The notes under the pieces were generated by a model that worked only from the letters and a program-made list of their open reading frames with translations, made no database searches and was not told the origin of the DNA. Shown here in pieces: positions 1-17,201 of a stretch of 64,000 nt of DNA. The stretch comes from Macrostomum lignano. Taxonomy: Eukaryota. Positions within the stretch are counted from its first letter, which is position 1. Every line of letters begins with the position of its first letter. The stretch spans positions 186,001-250,000 of the forward strand of contig NIVC01001370.1 in the NCBI GenBank assembly GCA_002269645.1, given 5' to 3'. The position numbers were made by a program, and so were the translations under genes.

Positions 1-617
1 TACCGGTTCTAACCAGCTAACACCGGTGTCAATCAGTTCCTACTGGTTCTAACCAGCTAACACCGGTGTCAATCAGTTCCTACCGGTTCTAACCAGTTAA
101 CACCGGTGTCAATCAGTTCCTACCGGTTCTAACCAGCTAACACCGGTGTGAATCAGTTCCTACCGGTTCTAACCAGTTAACACCGATGTCAATCAGTTCC
201 TACTGGTTCTAACCAGTTAACACCGGTGTCAATCAGTTCCTACCGGTTCTAACAAGCTAACACCGGTGTCAATCAGTTCCTATCGGTTCTAACCAGTTAA
301 CACCGATGTCAATCAGTTCCTACCGGTTCTAACAAGCTAACACCGGTTGTCAATCAGTTCCTACCGGTTCTAACCAGCTAACACCGGTGTGAATCAGTTT
401 CTACCGGTTCTAACCAGTTAAGACCAGTGTCAATCAGTTCCTACCGGTTCTAACCAGCTAACACCGGTGTCAATCAGTTCCTACCGGTTCTAACCAGCTA
501 ACACCGGTGTCAATCAGTTCCTACTGGTTCTAACCAGTTAACACCGGTGTCAATCAGTTCCTACCGGTTCTAACCAGCTAACACCGGTGTCAATCAGTTC
601 CTACCGGTTCTAACCAG
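1..617. repeat. 40-bp tandem minisatellite, ~15 copies, probably intronic to the bHLH-PAS gene
   Basis: Unit taccggttctaaccagctaacaccggtgtcaatcagttcc repeats from base 1; the array is truncated by the window edge. Confidence 0.95.
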
Positions 618-665
618 TAAACTTTTGTTGCAACCAACCGACACCAACCGCCTAACGCGTCGCAG

Positions 666-5236
<4,571 letters not shown>

Positions 5237-5469
5237 CGAGTGCCGAAGTACATATGCACTCTCGCTCCCCTTATGCACTGTTCTGTTTACTTGAAGCACC
5301 GATCTTTATTAACTCTCTCGGGTATTACCAACTGCGCATTCAACATGCCGCAACCATGATCAAATCTTGAATTAGTTTGTATAAAAATTACACACTCCAT
5401 TTTTTATTGGATCTACAAGCAGGTAGGTACCTCGGCAGCTCAAAAACCTTAAACAGTCACCTGAACTGA

Positions 5470-5775
5470 AGCTCAACCATCCTTAAACAGCCCTGAGAAC
5501 TGCACCTCAACCATCCTTAAACAGCCCTGAGAACTGCACCTCAACCATCCTTAAACAGCCCTGAGAACTGCACCTCAACCATCCTTAAACAGCCCTGAGA
5601 ACTGCACCTCAACCATCCTTAAACAGCCCTGAGAACTGCACCTCAACCATCCTGAAACAGCCCTGAGAACTGCACCTCAACCATCCTGAAACAGCCCTGA
5701 GAACTGCACCTCAACCATCCTGAAACAGCCCTGAGAACTGCACCTCAACCATCCTGAAACAGCCCTGAGAACTGC
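5470..5775. repeat. 34-bp tandem repeat
   Basis: aaccatccttaaacagccctgagaactgcacctc, ~9 copies. Confidence 0.95.
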
Positions 5776-6159
5776 ATTGCACTTAATAGACAATATATGC
5801 GATACTATTAGAAGATAAAGAGATGTGCTAAATAGATTTAGCAGAATTCTATTGCTGAAGTTCATCACTGTTCTAAAGGCGGTTACTCGTACTCTAAGAG
5901 ACAGCAAGTGTCCAAGTCAATAATGAATTTCATTATAAACCCATGTTAAATTAGTAATTTACTTTGACTATAGTTATTTTATTTTAATTCAATTTGGCTT
6001 CTGTCGCTTTATATGTATACTTATCATTAAATAGTAAAAATATAAAGTATAACACAATATTAACTTGCCAGACCTTACCACATTCGCATTGAGCGCATGG
6101 TGAATATTCAATATAAATGGTTTGTTTTATTCTGAAGATGCCGAAAAATGTGTCAAATA

Positions 6160-6970
6160 AGAAACCCTGACCAAACCGTGGAGTTCCTGACGCAGAATCT
6201 GGACAGGAGAACCCTGACCAAACCGTGGAGTTCCTGACGCAGAATCTGGACAGGAGAACCCTGACCAAACCGTGGAGTTCCTGACGCAGAACCTGGACAG
6301 AAGAACCTTGACCAAACCGTGGAGTGCCTGACGCAGAACCTGGACAGGAGAACCCTGACCAAACCGTGGAGTTCCTGACGCAGAACCTGGATAGGAGAAC
6401 CCTGACCAAACCGTGGAGTTCCTAACGCAGAACCTGGATAGGAGAACCCTGACCAAACCGTGGAGTTCCTGACGCAGAACCTGGACAGAAGAACCTTGAC
6501 CAAACCGTGGAGTGCCTGACGCAGAACCTGGACAGGAGACCCCCCCCCCTGACCAAACCGTGGAGTGCCAGACGCAGAACCTGGACAGGAGAACCCTGAC
6601 CAAACCGTGGAGTGCCAGACGCAGAACCTGGACAGGAGAACCCTGACCAAACCGTGGAGTGCCAGACGCAGAACCTGGACAGGAGAACCCCCCCTGACCA
6701 AACCGTGGAGTGCCAGACGCAGAACCTGGACAGGAGAACCCCCCCTGACCAAACCGTGGAGTGCCAGACGCAGAACCTGGACAGGAGAACCCTGACCAAA
6801 CCGTGGAGTGCCAGACGCAGAATCTGGACAGGAGAACCCTGACCAAACCGTGGAGTGCCTGACGCAGAATCTGGACAGGAGAACCCTGACCAAACCGTGG
6901 AGTGCCTGACGCAGAATCTGGACAGGAGAACCCTGACCAAACCGTGGAGTTCCTGACGCAGAATCTGGAT
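6160..6970. repeat. 47-bp tandem repeat
   Basis: gaaccctgaccaaaccgtggagttcctgacgcagaatctggacagga, ~17 copies. Confidence 0.95.
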
Positions 6971-7784
6971 AGTAAACTCCGGACCAATCTAGACAGAATA
7001 CAAGAACTTACGTAACTTTCAATGGCCAGTTAGTCCCATTAGTAAAAAGCTGCATTAAAATCATTGACAGACGAGGTCAACACCCGTATAATTTATGGAT
7101 TAAACTTCACTGCTCAGCAATTATCTTTCTGTATATTGTATATAAGAGTAGCAATCATATGCAGACAAAAAATTGAACATTTCGTCGGAGACAGACAGAC
7201 AGCAGGGACTGTTTGCGAGTACGCAATGTGCTCATGCTGTATTATCCCAAAAATAGACAGAAATAGGCAATATGTCCCAGTCAAACTACTGAAAATCAGT
7301 CTAGGTTTTGCGATCATCACGGGCAAAAATGACAACACTAATAAATATAGTAATAATAATATAATAGTACACAATTAATAACAATCATTTAACTACAGAG
7401 AGGATAAATGTCCCTACATAACTAATTAAAAACGTTACTGATGATGTTACTAGGATAGAATTATAAACCTTATTGAGAGTAGCACTACGATAAAACAAAA
7501 AATGCACAGGAAAATAATCAAACTTGAATTTTTTAAACTCCTATTGACAAATATTAATTATAATTAGGCTCACAGTTTGGCACAAAGCAACAGATGGCCA
7601 ATCAAAAATTAAATCTAATTTCCAATTACTGCTGACAATTAGAGCGACTTTATTGCGACAATTCTTTCTGCTAAGTTAGTAGTAAAGTAGGGGTTTTCTC
7701 GCTTAATTACATTTCAAAACTACAATTAATCATTAATAAGAAACAAAAGGTTGCAGTTATAAAAATAGAAGAACTGAGATGATG

Positions 7785-8658
7785 TGTCCATGATGTGTCC
7801 GCAGCTACAATCACAATTATCTATGATGTGTCCGCAGGTCCAACCCCAAATTATCCATGATGTGTCCGCAGGTCCAACCCCAAATTATCCATGATGTGTC
7901 CGCAGGTCCAACCCCAAATTATCCATGATGTGTCCGCAGGTCCAACCCCAAATTATCCATGATGTGTCCGCAGGTCCAACCCCAAATTATCTATGATGTG
8001 TCCGCAGGTCCAACCCCAAATTATCCATGATGTGTCCGCAGGTCCAACCCCAAATTATCCATGATGTGTCCGCAGGTCCAACCCCAAATTATCCATGATG
8101 TGTCCGCAGGTCCAACCCCAAATTATCCATGATGTGTCCGCAGGTCCAACCCCAAATTATCCATGATGTGTCCGCAGGTCCAACCCCAAATTATCTATGA
8201 TGTGTCCGCAGGTCCAACCCCAAATTATCCATGATGTGTCCGCAGGTCCAACCCCAAATTATCCATGATGTGTCCGCAGGTCCAACCCCAAATTATCCAT
8301 GATGTGTCCGCAGGTCCAACCCCAAATTATCCATGATGTGTCCGCAGGTCCAACCCCAAATTATCCATGATGTGTCCGCAGGTCCAACCCCAAATTATCC
8401 ATGATGTGTCCGCAGGTCCAACCCCAAATTATCCATGATGTGTCCGCAGGTCCAACCCCAAATTATCCATGATGTGTCCGCAGGTCCAACCCCAAATTAT
8501 CTATGATGTGTCCGCAGGTCCAACCCCAAATTATCTATGATGTGTCCGCAGGTCCAACCCCAAATTATCCATGATGTGTCCGCAGGTCCAACCCCAAATT
8601 ATCTATGATGTGTCCGCAGGTCCAACCCCAAATTATCTACGATGAGTCCGCAGGTCCA
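7785..8658. repeat. 34-bp tandem repeat
   Basis: atccatgatgtgtccgcaggtccaaccccaaatt, ~25 near-identical copies. Confidence 0.95.
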
Positions 8659-9074
8659 CAATAAGATCTATTGCTTGCAAAAGACACAGAGATACAAAGC
8701 ACCATTAACAATAGAGAAAAACACAGTTTGCTGCAGGTAGGAAAACAAACAATTTCTAAAGTTGTACAAGCAGACGCTGAAGACCAAAAGAAGTCGAATA
8801 AACAAAATTTAGTAAGAAAAAATACAAAGCAAACCCAAGGGTTAATGAGGATCAGGTTTTTACAAAGCTAAATAATTTTAACAATATAGCAACAACACGA
8901 AAAAACCAGAGTAACACAGAAACAAAAAGGCTTCCTTCTACAGTTGGGGACTCATTGGCTACAGGCGACAGACAGAATTGCGACAGGTTAACAGCAAAAC
9001 AATATAGAAATACGAAAGCAGTATAGAACAGAGGCTAACTAATCAAACATATTTAAATGAGGTGCTGCCAAACT

Positions 9075-9530
9075 AGAGGATCTGGAGGGCTGGCGGTGGT
9101 GGCACAGCAACTGAGGATCTGGGAGGCTGGCCCAGCAACTGAGGATCTGGGAGGCTGGCCCAGCAACTGAGGATCTGGGAGGCTGGCCCAGCAACTGAGG
9201 ATCTGGGAGGCTGGCCCAGCAACTGAGGATCTGGGAGGCTGGCCCAGCAACTGAGGATCTTGGAGGCTGGCCCAGCAACTGAGGATCTTGGAGGCTGGCC
9301 CAGCAACTGAGGATCTTGGAGGCTGGCCCAGCAACTGAGGATCTGGGAGGCTGGCCCAGCAACTGAGGATCTGGGAGGCTGGCCCAGCAACTGAGGATCT
9401 TGGAGGCTGGCCCAGCAACTGAGGATCTGGGAGGCTGGCCCAGCAACTGAGGATCTTGGAGGCTGGCCCAGCAACTGAGGATCTGGGAGGCTGGCCCAGC
9501 AACCGAGGATCTTGGAGGCTGGCGGTAGCC
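9075..9530. repeat. 28-bp minisatellite, family A (copy 1)
   Basis: ggaggctggcccagcaactgaggatctg; the same unit recurs at 13465 and 18815. Confidence 0.95.
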
Positions 9531-9997
9531 CAGCCTTACGAGTAGCATCAATCACTCGCTAGGTGAATAAAAATGTCAGTTACACAGAGCAAACAGACAT
9601 CACGAAACAGACGCAAAGTCACCCGCAAATTTATAAAAAAAACTTAATCAAAAAAGGGAAGTCACGCAGACAGAGAAAAGGGGAACAGGACAAGCGGGTG
9701 TCAGGAATATACAATAGTAGCAAAATATATAACATCACTAACGCCACAGCACAAAAGAACGGTTAGTTATACAAAACACAAGTGCGCCATAGAGGGAACA
9801 GTGCCTAGTCGTCACGTGAGAACAGTTCACTACCGGGTGTATTGGGGAACAGTTATTAGCTCTCACTATACATTACATGCACATTCAGGATGGTTGCGGC
9901 AGCAATGAGACGGTGGAGAAGCAGAGACGGGGCTTTGAAAGTGTAAGAGCACACAACTGACGGAAGCATTCAGCGGCGCGGAGGTTCGCTCGCTGGC

Positions 9998-12900
9998 TCA
10001 GCTGGCAGTCTGATCGCCTCCCGCGGCTGCGGCTGCGGCGGCGTCCTCGGCAGGCAGCATGAGCTGCTCCAAATTGGTGAACTCTGGACAGCCTTCGGCG
10101 GATTCGGCTGCATCAGCGGAAGCGTCCAGCTTGACTGTCGCCGCGTCCGCTGCAGTTGGCGTCTCCGCCTGAGCTTCAGATGCTTCGGAGGCTTCAGCGG
10201 CAGCTTCGGCTTCCGCTCTCCGACGTGCGCCGCCCGACAAGATGACAGCCGGTCCGATGCCGTCTTCTTCTTCTTCATCATCATCGTCCTCATCGTCGTC
10301 GTCTTCGACTTCGACAACGTCGACAGCGTCGCCCTCTAAAACTTGATCATCATCGTCGCCGTCGCCTTCGCCTTCGTCGCTGGAGTCGCCGCCGAGAATA
10401 TTGACGGGCGATCTTGGCGGCGTCCTTGGCAACTGCTGCTCATCATTCTCGTTGTCGATGTCGGCAGCGCCGATCAGTCGGGGAACGACAACAGCTGTAG
10501 TCGCCATCGCCGCCGATGCACCACCAGCAGCAGAAGCAGTGGTGGGAGTTCTCGGCGTTGTCACCCTGAAATTATCGTCGTCAATTTCGCCGTTTTCTTC
10601 GCCGACTACAACGTTGTCGTCGTCGATTGTCGTCGACATAGCCGCGGCCGCAGCTGCTGCGGCGGCGCTGTTATTATCGTCATCGTCGTCGTCCTCGTCG
10701 TCGTACTGTTGAATCTGGGAGTTGCACGCCTGGTCGAACATGGTGGCGTTGTCGGCGTCCTCCGGCGTCGGGGTGGTGAAGTCCAGGCTGGACACCTGTA
10801 CGGGGGCGATGGCAAAGTCTTTGCTGCAACAGAAGATTCCAGGACGCTTCCAGTCCGGTGATGGGGTTCCAGGGGTCCATGATAAATTGATGAAAAACGG
10901 CCGTTAGTAGCCTTTGGCGCCATACTCTAATATAGCTACTCATTCAATTCAGTAGTATGGCATTCGGCTCCATGCTCTATTATAGCTACTCATTCAATTC
11001 AGTAGTATGGCATTCGGCTCCATGCTCTATTATAGCTACTCATTCAATTCAGTAGTATGGCATTCGGCTCCATGCTCTATTATAGCTACTCATTCAATTC
11101 AGTAGTATGGCATTCGGCTCCATGCTCTATTATAGCTACTCATTCAATTCAGTAGTATGGCATTCGGCTCCATGCTCTATTATAGCTACTCATTCAATTC
11201 AGTAGTATGGCATTCGGCTCCATGCTCTATTATAGCTACTCATTAAAGTCTGTAGTATTGAATTTAGTAGACCAAAATGCATTGAAATGAGAGATAAAAA
11301 GCTTATAAATGAAGATATGAATCCTGAGCATAAAACAGCCACTAACCTTATCGTCGAAGATGGCTTCAACTCGATCGTACGGCTCGTTAAATTCGTCCTC
11401 TTGAAAGCCGAAATGGTCGGGGAAATTGCTAGTCAATTGTTTAGCCTGAAACTCGGCGTAGGCGTGATGCAGCGCCTGCAGGGGTGACGCGTCGATCGAG
11501 TAGGGAGTTGAGTCGTCCTCCTGGCTGCTCAACGGAGAGGCGACAATGACGCTTCGCCGATTCAGCTCGGCCAGATCCGACTCTGTCCAGGCCTTCCATC
11601 GTTCGCGCAACGATTCATCTAATTGGTTGAACGCTTCGGCCAGGTGTTCCCGACTGCCGGTTCCGTTTGATGTCGCCGCCGTAGTCTTGGGAGTTGCGGC
11701 AGCCGCTAGGGCGTCGTTCAGACAGTTGGCCAAGCGGGCCAGGTGGCCCAGGTAGCCGAGACGGCGGCTGTTGCAGCTGCTGGCCATCTGCTCTTTGCCA
11801 GCCTCCTTAGCACCATCAGCTGTGCCCTCTTGACTGTCGGCGCCGCCTCTGACGCTGCCCGCAACGGTTGGCTGAGCAAACGAGTCGAGCAGGCGGCCGA
11901 GCAGGTTGGCCTCCACAAGCAATTGGCGAAGCAGCAGCGTCTGGGAGAGCGCATTGGAGAATAGGATTGTGCAGATACATTGTTAATATTAATCCCTTTA
12001 AATTTGATATATTTTGGCTGGCCTAACCTAAGGATGATCTGGGAGAGACTGGCCTAACCTAAGGATCTGGGAGAGGCTGGCCTAACCTAAGGATCTGGGA
12101 GAGGCTGGCCTAACCTAAGGATCTGGGAGAGGCTGGCCTAACCTAAGGATCTGGGAGAGGCTGGCCTAACCTAAGGATCTGAGAGAGGCTGGCCTAAACT
12201 AAGGATCTGGGAAGAGGCTGGCCTAACCTAAGGATCTGGGAGAGGCTGGCCTAACCTAAGGATCTGGGAGAGGCTGGCCTAACCTAAGGATGATCTGGGA
12301 GAGGCTGGCCTAACCTAAGGATCTGGGAGAGACTGGCCTAACCTAAGGATGATCTGGGAGAGGCTGGCCTAACCTAAGGATCTGGGAGAGACTGGCCTAA
12401 CCTAAGGATGATCTGGGAGAGGCTGGCCTAACCTAATGATGATCTGGGAGAGGCTGGCCTAACCTAAGGATGATCTGGGAGAGACTGGCCTAACCTAAGG
12501 ATCTGGGAAAGGCTGGCATAACCTAAGGATCTGGGAAAGGCTGGCATAACCTAAGGATCTGGGAGAGGCTGGCCTAACCTAAGGATCTGGGAAAGGCTGG
12601 CATAACCTAAGGATGATCTGGGAGAGGCTGGCCTAACCTAATGATGATCTGGGAGAGGCTGGCCTAACCTAATGATGATCTGGGAGAGGCTGGCCTAACC
12701 TAAGGATGATCTGGGAGAGACTGGCCTAACCTAAGGATCTGGGAAAGGCTGGCATAACCTAAGGATCTGGGAGAGGCTGGCCTAACCTAAGGATGATCTG
12801 GGAGAGGCTGGCCTAACCTAAGGATCTATGAGAGACTGGCCTAACCTAAGGATGATCTGGGAGAGGCTGGCCTAACCTAATGATGATCTGGGAGAGGCTG

Positions 12901-15800
12901 GCCTAACCTAAGGATCTGGGAGGGTGGCGGCTGTCCCAGCCACCGAGGAGCTTGTGAACTATCTAAGCAGATACCACAGTGCCGTAGAATAACTGCACAA
13001 ACTTATTAACTTGACAAGCACTAGAACTCACCTGCGCCTCAGTCTGATCCTGATTAGCGGGCTGAGCAGTGAGCACAGAGGTGCAGGACTGCTCAACAGC
13101 CTGGTGCAAGAATGTATTCCACGGATAAGCCAGCATGAGGCTTAGCAGTTGAGGCAAAGCGCCGCACTCGGCCACAGCTCGGCCAGCCAATGCGCTATTT
13201 GTGGACAGCAGGGAGCGGACCAGGCGGGCCACGTGCAGGCGGCACTGGCCGAGCGGCGGCTCCAGCTGCCCAGCCGTGGTCGGCATGCGCGCAAGGCGGT
13301 GGGGCGGCGGGGCGGACAGCAGGGCAGCCAGCTTCGGCAGGCGGGGCGACACCGCTTCAATGACGTTGAGAGCTGCCGCGGCTAGGCGTTCAGTCTCGGA
13401 GGCTGCGGTGGTTAGTTAAGGATGCAGTGAGTACCTGCTGTAGCTACTGAATCACTTGTTCTGTGTTAGCCCAGCAACTGAGGATCTGGGAGGCTGGCCC
13501 AGCAACTGAGGATCTGGGAGGCTGGCCCAGCAACTGAGGATCTGGGAGGCTGGCCCAGAAACTGAGGATCTGGGAGGCTGGCCCAGCAACTGAGGATCTG
13601 GGAGGCTGGCCCAGCAACTGAGGATCTGGGAGGCTGGCCCAGCAACTGAGGATCTGAGGCTGGCCCAGCAACTGAGGATCTGTGAGGCTGGCCCAGCAAC
13701 TGGGGGATCTGAGAGGCTGGCCCAGCAACTGAGGATCTGGGAGGCTGGCCCAGCAACTGGGGGATCTGAGAGGCTGGCCCAGCAACTGAGGATCTGGGAG
13801 GCTGGCCCAGCAACTGAGGATCTGGGAGGCTGGCCCAGCAACTGGGGGATCTGAGAGGCTGGCCCAGCAACTGGGGGATCTGAGAGGCTGGCCCAGCAAC
13901 TGGGGGATCTGAGAGGCTGGCCCAGCAACTGAGGATCTGGGAGGCTGGCCCAGCAACTGGGGGATCTGAGAGGCTGGCCCAGCAACTGAGGATCTGGGAG
14001 GCTGGCCCAGCAACTGAGGATCTGGGAGGCTGGCCCAGCAACTGAGGATCTGGGAGGCTGGCCCAGCAACTGAGGATCTGGGAGGCTGGCCCAGCAACTG
14101 AGGATCTGGGAGGCTGGCCCAGCAACTGAGGATCTGGGAGGCTGGCCCAGCAACTGAGGATCTGGGAGGCTGGCGGAAGCCTAACAACTGGGGGATCTGG
14201 GAAGCTGAGAGTAGCTTTTATATTTGCCGTCCAAACTCACCAGCTGGCTGCTGCTGCTGTTGCGCAAGCGCCATCGACGCGATGCTGCTGAAGTCGCCCA
14301 GATCGCCGGCCCCGTTGGCGCCCCGCCGGCCGTCCAGCAGCGCCAGCAGCACCTGAGCGCCGGCCGCCACACCGGACTCGCTGGGCCCGCCCGCACCGTC
14401 CAGCATCTTGGCCAGCAGCTTCCCAGCCGTGTCGCCGCTCTCCAGCTGATCCAGCAGAGTTGCAGACGGGGTCGACGAAGCAGCCGATGAGCTGTTGGCG
14501 GCCTCTGAGGAGTCCTGAGCAGCCGCGGCCAGGTCCCGGCAATAGGCGATGATGTTGATGAGGCACTGGGCACCGTTGTACTGCTCCTCAGGGCTGCGAT
14601 CGCTGGCCAGAGTAGCCAGCAGTTTGTCTACTAGTCCGGTCTGGGCCAGCCAGGCAGCAACCTGAGTCGACTGCTGCTGCTGCAGCTGTTGGTACTGAAG
14701 GCCGTATTCGTCTACGGATCGCATGGTAACCACAGAAACTAAGAAATCCATCACCGCCGAGGTGCCCATGTGACGAATTAATAAGTCGATGAATTCTTCG
14801 CCTTTAGAGGACAGATAAGCCAATAGCCGGTCGGACTGCTTGCGGGCTAGCAGTTGCATGACCTGGCGTATCCAATTATAGAGGGATAATTATGCATTTA
14901 CAGAATATCATTCCTGGGAGAATAATTATGAGTCACAACTGGCGCTGGGACTGGCGCTATTCCTGTGAGAATAATGAGAGTCCCAACTGGCGCTGGGACT
15001 GGCGCCATTCCTGTGAGAATAATGAGAGTCACAAGTGGTGCTAGGACTGGCGCCATTCCTGTCAGAATAATGAGAGTCACAAGTGGCGCTGGGACTGGCG
15101 CCATTCCTGTCAGAATAATGAGAGTCCCAACTGGCGCTGGGACTGGCGCCATTTCTGTCAGAATAATAATGAGTCACAACTGGCGCTAGGACTGGCGCCA
15201 TTCCTGTCAGGATAATTATGAGTCACAACTGGCGCTGGGACTGGCGCCATTCCTGTCAGAATAATGAGAGTCACAAGTGGCGCTGGGACTGGCGCCATTC
15301 CTGTAAGAATAATGAGAGTCACAAGTGGCGCTGGGACTGGCGCCATTCCTGTCAGAATAATGAGAGTCACAAGTGGCGCTGGGACTGGCGCCATCTCCAA
15401 GAAAGCCAAAACAGGCGCTACTCACCTTGGAGAAGAAGCTGGACAGCAGCGGGTTAAGCGGAGGCTCGCCCTTTAAAAAGTCGTACAGCTGGTCCAGGCG
15501 ACGATTTTCCTTCACCAGGCCGGTCGTCAGGGCGTCGGCATCGCAGGCCAGCAGCTCGCAGCAGACGTTGGCCCGACGATAGCGCTGGCGATGGGGCAGC
15601 TCAGCGCTGGGCTCGGTCACTATAGCGTCAACTAGCTGATCAAGGATGGAGTCCTGAGCCAAGTAGGTTATGAGCTTCTGGTTCTGGGCTTTGCATTCTT
15701 GAATGACGCTTTCCTCTTCGAGTATTTCGGATAACTCTACGCCCTGTTTATCGAGCAGCGGCTCAATATTCGATATAATTGAGGGCATTTGCCAGAACAT
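9998..15800 (-). CDS. PPP6R3: PP6 phosphatase regulatory subunit (SAPS/SIT4-associated family), ~919 aa. Exons 15800-15426, 14862-14241, 13402-13032, 11940-11347, 10795-9998
   Basis: MFW...QECKAQNQKL...PPLNPLLSSFFSK-VMQLLARK...HMGTSAVMD, LEPPLGQCRL...YPWNTFLH, RLGYLGHLARLAN and QLTSNFPDHFGF all match human PPP6R proteins. GT-AG introns with phases 0,1,0,0; acidic C-terminal tail. The paralog number is nominal. Confidence 0.95.
10930..11242. repeat. 50-bp tandem repeat in PPP6R intron 4
   Basis: tatagctactcattcaattcagtagtatggcattcggctccatgctctat, ~6 exact copies. Confidence 0.95.
12015..12920. repeat. 28/31-bp minisatellite in PPP6R intron 3, variant of family A
   Basis: ggatctgggagaggctggcctaacctaa shares GGATCTGGGA and GGCTGGCC with family A. 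Confidence 0.9.
13465..14205. repeat. 28-bp minisatellite, family A (copy 2), PPP6R intron 2
   Basis: Same unit as 9075-9530. Confidence 0.95.
14925..15392. repeat. 48-bp tandem repeat in PPP6R intron 1
   Basis: ggcgccattcctgtcagaataatgagagtcacaagtggcgctgggact. Confidence 0.95.
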
Positions 15801-15959
15801 GGTTGCGCTGCTGTTTAAGGGGCTGCAATGGTGTGAGATTGGGAGAGGCCTGCGTGAGTGGGGATGGACTGGGAATAGATAGGCGAGATTAGAGAGGCAT
15901 GTAGACGGGGGATACTGAGAATAGAGGGATGTAGAAGATAGGGGACACTGAGAATAGAG

Positions 15960-16420
15960 GTTGGATCAGACACGGGGTGAGAAAAGAAGAGTTCTGATCA
16001 GAGACGGGTGAGAATAGATGAGTTCTGATCAAAGACGGATGAGAATAGATGTGTTCTGATTAGAGACGGCTAAGAATAGATGGATGCTGCTCAGACGGGT
16101 GAGAATAGATGGATGCTGCTCAGACGGGTGAGAATAGATGGGTGCTGCTCAGAGACGGGTGAGAATAGATTAGTTCTGATCAAAGACGGACGAGAATAGA
16201 TGGGTGTTGCTCAGAAACGGTTGAGAATAGATGAGTTGTGATTAGACGGATGAGAATAGATGGGTGCTGCTCAGAGACGGTTGAGAATAGATGAGTTGTG
16301 ATTAGACGGATGAGAATAGATGGGTGCTGCTCAGAGACGGTTGAGAATAGATGAGTTGTGATTAGACGGATGAGAATAGATGGGTGCTGCTCAGAGACGG
16401 ATGAGAATAGATGTGTTCTG
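15960..16420. repeat. degenerate ~30-bp repeat upstream of the PPP6R ATG
   Basis: Recurring gagaatagatg...gctcagagacgg units. Confidence 0.8.
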
Positions 16421-16734
16421 ATTCGAGAAAGATGAAAAATAATGATTCGAGATAAGCCAGAGGAAGGAATGTATGATAGGAAAGTTATAAGCTAATAGTT
16501 AAAATTAGTTAAGGGTAAAATTTAACTGGCAAATTTTGTTCAAAAGAACTAATGATTCATTTGCAATGGCAAAAGCTGACACGAGTTTCTAAGAAACTTA
16601 ACATTCCATAATCAACTACAGCAAGTCGATCCAAGAAAGGCAATGTGAATGAGTACAATTACAAGGTACAAAATGCTAAACAATGACATTTTCATCTGAT
16701 CTTCATTCTCATGTCTCTGATCTTTGGAATTAGA

Positions 16735-17128
16735 GATTATGACGTCATTGTCAATCATCTTTGGGATCTGTGATTATGACGTCATTTTCAATCATCTTTG
16801 GGATCTGGGACTATGACGTCATTTTCAATCATCTTTGGGATCTGGGATTATGACGTCATTGTCAATCATCTTTGGGATCTGGGATTATGACGTCATTGTC
16901 AATCATCTATGAGATCTGGGATTATGACGTCATTTTCAATCATCTTTGGGATCTGGGACTATGACGTCATTGTCAATCATCTATGAGATCTGGGATAATG
17001 ACGTCATTGTCAATCATCTTTGGGATCTGGGACTATGACGTCATTGTCAATCATCCGTGAGATCTGGGATTATGACGTCATTGTCTATCATCCTATGAAC
17101 TCAGGTATTTTTGACTATGACGTCATCG
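16735..17128. repeat. 37-bp tandem repeat, each unit carrying the palindrome TGACGTCA (CRE)
   Basis: tatgacgtcattgtcaatcatctttgggatctgggat; 11 TGACGTCA sites counted. Confidence 0.92.
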
Positions 17129-17201
17129 CCTAATAAACCTAGTTTTTCTGAACAATTAGCAACTCTGCACAGAAGCAAATACAATAAGCTGCAGTTCTAG
17201 C

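Noticed and set aside
7064-8871. Short AT-rich ORFs between the convergent PAS and PPP6R genes
   Set aside because: Composition is unlike the GC-rich exons of this genome, and there are no motifs.
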